From positions 1 to 64,000 of IMG/VR virus record IMGVR_UViG_3300043449_002675: a stretch of 64,000 nucleotides of DNA. One strand, given 5' to 3'. Below the pieces are notes generated by a model. That model did not search any database. It was not told the origin of the DNA and saw only the letters and a program-made list of their open reading frames with translations. The stretch is from a virus. Shown here piece by piece: positions 57,742 to 64,000 of this stretch (the stretch's first letter is position 1; each line of letters opens with the position of its first letter). The position numbers and the translations under genes were made by a program.

Positions 57742-59001
57742 ATGACTAATTTAGCAAAACTTACAGAAGCTGCCAAAATATGCTTGACACAAAAGCAATA
57801 TTTTGGACTTGTTGATAAGATCACGAAACATATAGATGATAGTGTTGCTAAACTGGGTCTAGAACTTAAGTTGAGTGGTAAAACCATGCCAAAAAGGGGC
57901 ATGTTTGATCGCCTAAAAAACTGGTGGTCAAACATGTGGCATGGCCACTCAAATGAAAAAAATCCATATTACCAGCAAAATAAACTTGGATACTGGGGCA
58001 GACCTAGTATGCGAAATGAGATGACTCTCCATGAGTATAAGTTGCTGAAAGATCAATCTGAATCACTAGAAACAGTTCTGAACGAACGGCTTGCTCTTGA
58101 TGATTTACTGGATGATTGGCTGCGTAATTTGAAACGAGACGTATTCGATTACATGAGTCAATTCTATTACAAGAATGCTAGTACTGACTCTGGGCAAGCA
58201 TCTGGCGGAGGCAGTCCTCCTGATGACGGATTACCACCATCATCACCAGTTTCATCAACTGCGGCTCCAGAAGAAACACAATCTCATACGACAAATTTTG
58301 AGCCTGAACCAGAAGAAGAAACTGATTCCGATACAGATACTGATACAGGTGATGATATAGGTGATGAAGTTTCGCCTGCCGAGACAGGAGAAGAAGGCAG
58401 CAGTGGCGATTCTGGCGAGGAAACGACTGATAGTTCTAAGTTTTCTCCATTTGATATAACAGGTGCTGCTGGCGATGAAGACAATCGTGCGTTAAGTTTT
58501 CTTAAAATTAGAAAACAAGGTGGCGGAGATCAAAGCGGAGAGCAAAAAAGCGCAACAGATGACTTTTTAAAATCTTCAGGAACAACTGCTCCACCCGTTT
58601 CTGAGGATGATCCATTTTTAAAGTCATTTGAGCGGATGAAAACAGGTCGCCCTAAACGAAGAATTGGAACAGATGTAATACGTGCCCCTTTGTCCACCCG
58701 ACCTACAGGCAGCGGCAAGAAACAAGGTCAAGCTGGCGATAAAGGTGCAGAAACTCCAGCTGTTTCAAAACCTGCTGCGCCTTTAAGTACTGATAGTTTA
58801 TTAGCCAAAATAAAAGGGTCACGTTGGACGAAGCGGGAAGAATCATCTGCCTCCGCACATAAAAAAGTTTTAAATGAAAAGTTTAGAATATCTAAAAAGG
58901 ATATGGAAAATACCACCCTATATGAGAGAACTCTGGTGTGCTTAGATAAAATGAGAGAACTCAAGTCTGAAACATTTGCAGAAGATCTTCTACGTTCTTA
59001 G
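57742..59001 (+). CDS. Hypothetical protein with acidic/disordered middle
   Basis: 419-aa ORF, TATATA box and GAGG RBS. Confidence 0.7.
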   Translation: MTNLAKLTEAAKICLTQKQYFGLVDKITKHIDDSVAKLGLELKLSGKTMPKRGMFDRLKNWWSNMWHGHSNEKNPYYQQNKLGYWGRPSMRNEMTLHEYKLLKDQSESLETVLNERLALDDLLDDWLRNLKRDVFDYMSQFYYKNASTDSGQASGGGSPPDDGLPPSSPVSSTAAPEETQSHTTNFEPEPEEETDSDTDTDTGDDIGDEVSPAETGEEGSSGDSGEETTDSSKFSPFDITGAAGDEDNRALSFLKIRKQGGGDQSGEQKSATDDFLKSSGTTAPPVSEDDPFLKSFERMKTGRPKRRIGTDVIRAPLSTRPTGSGKKQGQAGDKGAETPAVSKPAAPLSTDSLLAKIKGSRWTKREESSASAHKKVLNEKFRISKKDMENTTLYERTLVCLDKMRELKSETFAEDLLRS

Positions 59002-59299
59002 GCGGTTCTGTAGTATCAGATACCGCCACCGTCTTGCTTTTTTCTTCTGGTTCTTCTATTTCGACTACTTTTTCTTCGGCTATAGAAATAATTTTATCAA
59101 AAAATAAAAAATTCAAACATTTGGTTTTTATATGTTCATACCAAATTCCTGACTCATCAATTTTAGTAACTTTGCCTACAAAATAATCAATCATGCTTTG
59201 TTCGTCGAATGATCTGTTTATGGATGGAACAATAAATGTAACAACTTTGTCTATGAAATACCCAAGTTCTCTTCTTTGCGCACCTGAAAGGTTCATCAT
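58961..59299 (-). CDS. Hypothetical protein (possible Sm/SH3-like barrel)
   Basis: FVGKVTKIDESGIW; coupled to the primase gene. Confidence 0.6.
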   Translation of the reverse strand: MMNLSGAQRRELGYFIDKVVTFIVPSINRSFDEQSMIDYFVGKVTKIDESGIWYEHIKTKCLNFLFFDKIISIAEEKVVEIEEPEEKSKTVAVSDTTEPPKNVEDLLQMFQT

Positions 59300-60279
59300 A
59301 TCTCCATTTTCTTGATATTTTGATTAATGTATGCCAAAACAATTTTATCATCAAATTTTTTATACAATTCATTCCAATCTTTTGTAATTTCTGGAGGTCT
59401 AACAGTCATTACATCATTATAATTGTTGTATTGGATTATTTTGTTGTACATGTTTATTTTTTCTTGGTCGCCAGCCTCATCTGCATCTAAAGCAATGACT
59501 ATGTTATAGTAGGATAGAATAATTGATTGTTTTTCACTTAGGAATTTACCGCCGCAGGCTGCGCTTTTCAATCCACATAGATGTAAGGAATAAGCATCAA
59601 ATTCTCCTTCACATAAAAACAAAGTATCGCCAATTTCTGGGAACTTGGGGAAATAAATTACATCTTCTTTGCCAACCCCAATAGCCTTTTCTGGGCCTTT
59701 ATACCTTAGCGGATTGTTTCCAAGATCTCGGCTGTTAAAATAAACAAGTTTTTTTGCAGAATTGTAATATGGGATTATTACTCTGTTTTCATATTTTCCA
59801 GAAGTGCATACCATGAAATCTTCAACGGGGATTTTCCTTGATGCGAGATACTCAGAGGCTCTCTTGTGATAGACTGTCGGAGCTTTGTTTATTTCATAAA
59901 CATTTGGGGGCAAACTAATTACTTTTTGTTCTTTTTCGTAATCGAGATCAACTCTTTCATCCAAAAAATTTATGTCGAAGTCAATTTCATCTGTATAGTG
60001 CCTGAATGTACTTTGTATTCCAAGCAATTCCATGGCTTTTTGTCTGGTACACTTTTCTACTTCCATAACCAAACTAATTAATGTGCCTTTTTTATTTGTT
60101 TTCCAGCAGTGATAAACGCCGTATCGTATTTGGTTTTTACCGCCAGAGGGATTGCACCATAATTTTTTCTTCCTATCTTCTGTAAAGATAGAATCTACGC
60201 AAATTTCATCTCCTTTAATATCAACGGAGCCGAATTTTGTTTGTGCCCAATCTAAAAATTTATCGTACAAGGTGTCCAT
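59296..60279 (-). CDS. dnaG: DNA primase (DnaG/gp61-type TOPRIM)
   Basis: YLASRKI, RVIIPYY..YFNSR, LCEGEFDA, ALDADEAG and KDWNE. Confidence 0.9.
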   Translation of the reverse strand: MDTLYDKFLDWAQTKFGSVDIKGDEICVDSIFTEDRKKKLWCNPSGGKNQIRYGVYHCWKTNKKGTLISLVMEVEKCTRQKAMELLGIQSTFRHYTDEIDFDINFLDERVDLDYEKEQKVISLPPNVYEINKAPTVYHKRASEYLASRKIPVEDFMVCTSGKYENRVIIPYYNSAKKLVYFNSRDLGNNPLRYKGPEKAIGVGKEDVIYFPKFPEIGDTLFLCEGEFDAYSLHLCGLKSAACGGKFLSEKQSIILSYYNIVIALDADEAGDQEKINMYNKIIQYNNYNDVMTVRPPEITKDWNELYKKFDDKIVLAYINQNIKKMEI

Positions 60280-60302
60280 AGATATCACCTATAATTATTC
60301 AT

Positions 60303-61070
60303 ATGAACATAGAACATCTAAGCGTTAGCCGAAGCGGATGCTTTGACCAATGCAAACAACAGTACAAATTTAGGTATCACCTCAAGGTGATACCTGCAAG
60401 GCCAGAACAGCTCTATTTTACTTATGGTAAACTTGTTCATACCGCTGCTGAGCTTTACGTATTAGGCAAAGGAAGTCGCCCCATAACTGACATTGTAAGC
60501 GATTTGCTGCAAGGAAGAATTGATTTTGAAGGCAGCGACAACATTTGCAATTTAGATGATTCGTATTATAAAAAGCTATACAAGCATGTTGCTTTTATAC
60601 AAAGATTTACAGAAAAGGTGGGTTTCGACGGAGAGATAGAATATGAAATCAAGTATGATCTTGATCCGCCAAACAACAAAAACTTTTTGGGATATATTGA
60701 TCGTTTGATTTTGAAAAATGATGAAGCAATAATTATTGATTACAAAACTTCAAAAAACAATGCATGGCGCAAAAACAAAGTTACAATTAAAAAGGATTTA
60801 CAATTAAATGCATATGCATTGCATGTTCATGAAAAATTTGGAATTGCACCAGAAAAAATACAGGCAGCTTTGGTTTATCTGGAAGACCCGCAAGTGGTCA
60901 GCACTTCTTTTACCAAAAAAGGCTTGGAAGAAACAAAAAACATTTTGAAAAACGCTTATTATTCAATTGAATCTTTCCCCGAGGATAAGGTAAAAGGTAA
61001 CGTAGGACATCACTGCACACGATGTGATTATCAAGACGTTTGCCCGTTTTTTGACAGGGCTTCCTTTTAG
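60303..61070 (+). CDS. PD-(D/E)XK nuclease, Cas4/RecB-like
   Basis: LSVSR..C, GYIDRL, IIDYKTS, QLNAYA and C-terminal CTRCDYQDVC (Fe-S ligands). Confidence 0.9.
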   Translation: MNIEHLSVSRSGCFDQCKQQYKFRYHLKVIPARPEQLYFTYGKLVHTAAELYVLGKGSRPITDIVSDLLQGRIDFEGSDNICNLDDSYYKKLYKHVAFIQRFTEKVGFDGEIEYEIKYDLDPPNNKNFLGYIDRLILKNDEAIIIDYKTSKNNAWRKNKVTIKKDLQLNAYALHVHEKFGIAPEKIQAALVYLEDPQVVSTSFTKKGLEETKNILKNAYYSIESFPEDKVKGNVGHHCTRCDYQDVCPFFDRASF

Positions 61071-61077
61071 GTGGATC

Positions 61078-61554
61078 ATGGCCAAAGCATATACTTTCTA
61101 CATTTATAACCATCTTCTGTTTTTGAATGAGAATCAAAGATACGACTTATTCGCCTGCGTGCCTGTAAAAACAACTGGCATCATGATGAAGTCCAAATTG
61201 AGCACAAAAGACCTAGACCCACAGTCAATAAATGAAATTTTTTGCAATTACATAATAGATTGCAACATATCAGAGAACGCAATTGAAATGATGGATAACA
61301 AAATAGTAATCCATTTGCCCGCACAAGGAAGTTACGATGAATTTCCTCCTTTCCAGCCCCACAATCTTGAGAAATATGATCTCTATGATTTGTTGAATAG
61401 AAGTGAGGGCGGAAGAGAAGAGTTATTTTATGAAACTGTGAGTGAGGACTTGGCCAGAAAGGTCAAGTCATATCACAAAATTGAAATCAAGGACGAAAAG
61501 CAGTTTGATGATACAGTTGAATTTGTCTCATTTAACATGAGCCAAGTGTCATAG
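61078..61554 (+). CDS. Hypothetical protein
   Basis: AGGTGG RBS before ATG 61078. Confidence 0.6.
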   Translation: MAKAYTFYIYNHLLFLNENQRYDLFACVPVKTTGIMMKSKLSTKDLDPQSINEIFCNYIIDCNISENAIEMMDNKIVIHLPAQGSYDEFPPFQPHNLEKYDLYDLLNRSEGGREELFYETVSEDLARKVKSYHKIEIKDEKQFDDTVEFVSFNMSQVS

Positions 61555-62038
61555 CAAACTTCATGCTGACTACGTTTCCTGCGGTGATATACAGAGTGGT
61601 TCCGAATGAAATAGTGCTTATAAGCAGACCTGAGTATCCTGTATTCACGTTGCAAAGAAACATGTCAGTAGCGGAGTAACCAGCTCCAGAGCCGGTAAAT
61701 GAAATTGTTGTGCTTCTTACTTTTGGAGGTGTAACTGCGGGAACAAATTCAAAATTTGTCCCATTTACCAAAGGTTGTCTTTGGTATCCGTTACCAGATG
61801 GTTCCCCCGATATATCTGCCATAGTTTGACTTGCCGTGATAGTCGAACGATTGTCTAGTCCTACATAGTATTCCACTGGAACTGTCGTTCCCATAAACAT
61901 GCAGCTCAATATTAAAGATTGACCGCCGTAATTCAAAACATTTCGGATGTTTTCTTTTTTATAGATTATGTTATTTGTATCCTTTTCGGTTACAAGCAGC
62001 TCTTCTAGTACAACTAAACCATTCCACGGCTTTTCCAT
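61532..62038 (-). CDS. Virion structural (tail-associated) protein
   Basis: NVLNYGG..YYVGL...EPSGNGYQRQ motif; TATAAATA upstream. Confidence 0.65.
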   Translation of the reverse strand: MEKPWNGLVVLEELLVTEKDTNNIIYKKENIRNVLNYGGQSLILSCMFMGTTVPVEYYVGLDNRSTITASQTMADISGEPSGNGYQRQPLVNGTNFEFVPAVTPPKVRSTTISFTGSGAGYSATDMFLCNVNTGYSGLLISTISFGTTLYITAGNVVSMKFAMTLGSC

Positions 62039-62082
62039 AATACACCTTTTAATGTTATTTATATCAACTTCATATATATTTT

Positions 62083-62529
62083 ATGCATTTTAAAGAATGG
62101 TTGCTACAAAATGAAACGGCAGGAGATAGTTGGATTGATCCAACTGCGCAGCCTATACAATGGCTATTACGAGCCCAAATAAACGGCGCTCCATTACAGG
62201 GCGTTATGAATTTGAGTGATTATCCGCCCGGAAGTATAAGAGATCCGTATAAAGCGGACTTGCTTGCTAAATTAACAAATTACTTCAAAAGACATAAAAA
62301 AGACAAAAAAGATGATATAAAGTTTCATCATGCAAATGAATCATTGAAAAGTAGTGATACCGTTCATGAAAAGCTTGTAAAGTGGTACATGAAAATGAAG
62401 CCTAAAATGCCGAGACCACAGGAATTTAAAGACGCTCCTGACCAGTATACGACTGCTGGCTGGGATGCCGTAGGTGAGCCGGATACTGGTCAGAGAGCAA
62501 ATTTCAAAGTTTTACCGAGTTACACTTAG
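62083..62529 (+). CDS. Hypothetical protein, capsid-targeting-like N-terminus
   Basis: MHFKEWLLQNE; TATATA 4 nt upstream. Confidence 0.7.
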   Translation: MHFKEWLLQNETAGDSWIDPTAQPIQWLLRAQINGAPLQGVMNLSDYPPGSIRDPYKADLLAKLTNYFKRHKKDKKDDIKFHHANESLKSSDTVHEKLVKWYMKMKPKMPRPQEFKDAPDQYTTAGWDAVGEPDTGQRANFKVLPSYT

Positions 62530-62825
62530 TCGCCGAGACTTTCATCGTCATCGTCTTCGTCGTCCCAGTCTTCGTCGGCGTCGTCGTCGTCATCTTCCCA
62601 TTCGTCATCATCTTCGTAGTCGTCCTCATCCTCATCATCGTCGTCTTCATCCTCATCGGGATCTTCCCATAAATCATCCTCTTCTTCTTCTTCTTCGTCC
62701 TCATCTCCATCCATCCATTCTTCTTCCCAACCATCCTCATCGTCCTCATCTTCATCCTCTGGGTAGGATATTGCGCCGATGACAGGGTCGAGATACCTCT
62801 CTTCAATTAAATCCAAAATAGTCAT
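62526..62825 (-). CDS. Extremely acidic small protein
   Basis: About two-thirds Asp/Glu with spaced Trp; AAAGGAG SD upstream of a hairpin. Confidence 0.7.
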   Translation of the reverse strand: MTILDLIEERYLDPVIGAISYPEDEDEDDEDGWEEEWMDGDEDEEEEEEDDLWEDPDEDEDDDDEDEDDYEDDDEWEDDDDDADEDWDDEDDDDESLGD

Positions 62826-62906
62826 AATTTTGGGGAGAAGTATCTCCCCCTCCTTTCTGTTAATAAAAATATTATATGTAACAACAAGTAATTTATAAAA
62901 ATATTT

Positions 62907-64000
62907 TTATGTATTTTGAGAATTACATAGATTGCTGTTATATCTTGCTGTACCGCAGCTGCCATTGTATCTGGTACCTGTGCAACTGTTATATCTGCAT
63001 GCGCAGCTAGAAATTATCTTAGGCTGTGGTTTTTGAGCGCATCCACAGCTTCCATATGTACAGCAACCTGTGTTATTTTTACATTTCCAGCATTTGCCAA
63101 ATTCTGGATTGCCGGGAACTAGACAGTTATTAGTAAATCCATTATCACCACAGCAGCTAATGAATTTACGTACTAAACTGTTACTATCATCCTTATACCA
63201 TTGCTTGTCTTCTTCGGGACCATACATATTATTTTCAATGATGTCTATTAAACAACATTTTGCACTTTCGCATGCTTCATTTTCTGTTGCACACATTTGC
63301 ATCCATTCTCCATCATCGTTGTAAAGTGCTTCGTCGCATGGCAAACTCACTTTAAGCTGCATAATTTCGTCCAAGTATTCATTTGTGCTTGAAGCAAAAA
63401 CAACATCTCCAAGCAAGTCAGAAGCCATGGCCTCGCCTTTGTTAATTACTACCAATTGATCCTCCGTTTTACTTTCATTCAATAAGGTTTTGTTTACATC
63501 AAATTTTTTCTCATAGTAGAGAGCAGATTGTGCTCCTAACATTTTCGACATTAGATTTCTGGAAATGAATATGTTAGTCATTTGCTCAGCAATCGAAGGG
63601 CTTTTCATTTTCATTACTTCGACCCAAGTTTTACAAAATACAGGCATGAAATTAGCTGATGCAGGCGCTTTTTTGCATGCGAGGATGAAGGTTTCTGCCA
63701 ACAAATCTCTTGCTTGATTTACAGCAGCCTCATTTTTGCCAAACATTTCATATGCTTTAACAAAACACTGGTAAAATGCACCAGTCATGACACGGCTGAA
63801 GCTATGAGGCTCGGATGCCAATTGGTCATTAGGCGCATTTTTAGGTAGGTTTTTGGGGTCTGTGTAAAGGAAATTATTCAATCCCTTTCTTAAAGCCCCG
63901 CCCAAGCCTAACCCGATGCCAAATTGCTCTGCCAAACCTTCAACAATGTTTGGTTTACGTAAATCACCGCCAGTTTTGGCCAACATGTCTTTGACAACAA
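62907..64000 (-). CDS. C-terminal part of a gluzincin (M36/M4-like) metallopeptidase with Cys-rich tail; 5' end outside window
   Basis: EPHSFSRVMTGAFY motif; frame is open to the window edge. Confidence 0.55.
   Translation of the reverse strand, partial: VVKDMLAKTGGDLRKPNIVEGLAEQFGIGLGLGGALRKGLNNFLYTDPKNLPKNAPNDQLASEPHSFSRVMTGAFYQCFVKAYEMFGKNEAAVNQARDLLAETFILACKKAPASANFMPVFCKTWVEVMKMKSPSIAEQMTNIFISRNLMSKMLGAQSALYYEKKFDVNKTLLNESKTEDQLVVINKGEAMASDLLGDVVFASSTNEYLDEIMQLKVSLPCDEALYNDDGEWMQMCATENEACESAKCCLIDIIENNMYGPEEDKQWYKDDSNSLVRKFISCCGDNGFTNNCLVPGNPEFGKCWKCKNNTGCCTYGSCGCAQKPQPKIISSCACRYNSCTGTRYNGSCGTARYNSNLCNSQNT

Noticed and set aside
62474-62806. Arg/His-rich (+) and Met/Thr/Lys-rich (-) ORFs
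   Set aside because: Alternative frames of the GAY/GAR-rich acidic gene, which has the SD.
1-64000. Stop-codon reassignment
   Set aside because: Long genes are intact in code 11, and TAA, TAG and TGA all end genes at sensible boundaries.
1-64000. tRNA, rRNA, introns, inteins, DGR or retron
   Set aside because: No cloverleaf/T-loop in intergenic space and no reverse transcriptase or splicing motifs seen by eye. A covariance search was not possible, so small RNAs could be missed.

Overview
This 64 kb window is part of a large, AT-rich (GC content judged by eye, not computed) myovirus-type jumbo phage that uses the standard genetic code. The host is probably a member of Planctomycetota/PVC, inferred mainly from the lineage-typical insertion in its ribosomal protein bL28. 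Layout: (i) 1-2.5 kb holds GC-richer early cassettes (DUF932 protein, lipoprotein) with sigma70 promoters, related terminators, a repeat-rich intergenic stretch and a switch in GC skew. (ii) 2.5-22 kb holds many short genes in alternating orientation. Most start with a T4 capsid-targeting-like peptide (M-x-F-K-E/Q-W/F-L-x-E) and have a TANATA box only 4-6 nt before the ATG. They encode ADP-ribosyltransferase-like, GNAT, zincin and Gln-rich or membrane-active proteins, interleaved with bL28, AdoMetDC, HNH, an HsdS-like protein, a methyltransferase, ClpP, a sulfotransferase and a degenerate CCA-type nucleotidyltransferase. (iii) 22-51 kb is a contractile tail and baseplate operon: gp2-like, tape measure, tube initiator, gp53, hub, gp5 spike, gp25, gp6, gp7-like, PKD proteins and a large Cys-rich fibre. 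(iv) 51-64 kb holds glycosyltransferase-like genes, a volactin-like actin, primase, a Cas4/RecB-like nuclease, a very acidic protein and a truncated metallopeptidase. The best candidate for a new system is a library of single-domain effectors that are individually tagged for capsid packaging and expressed from leaderless late transcripts. All family calls come from motif recognition by eye; no searches were run.
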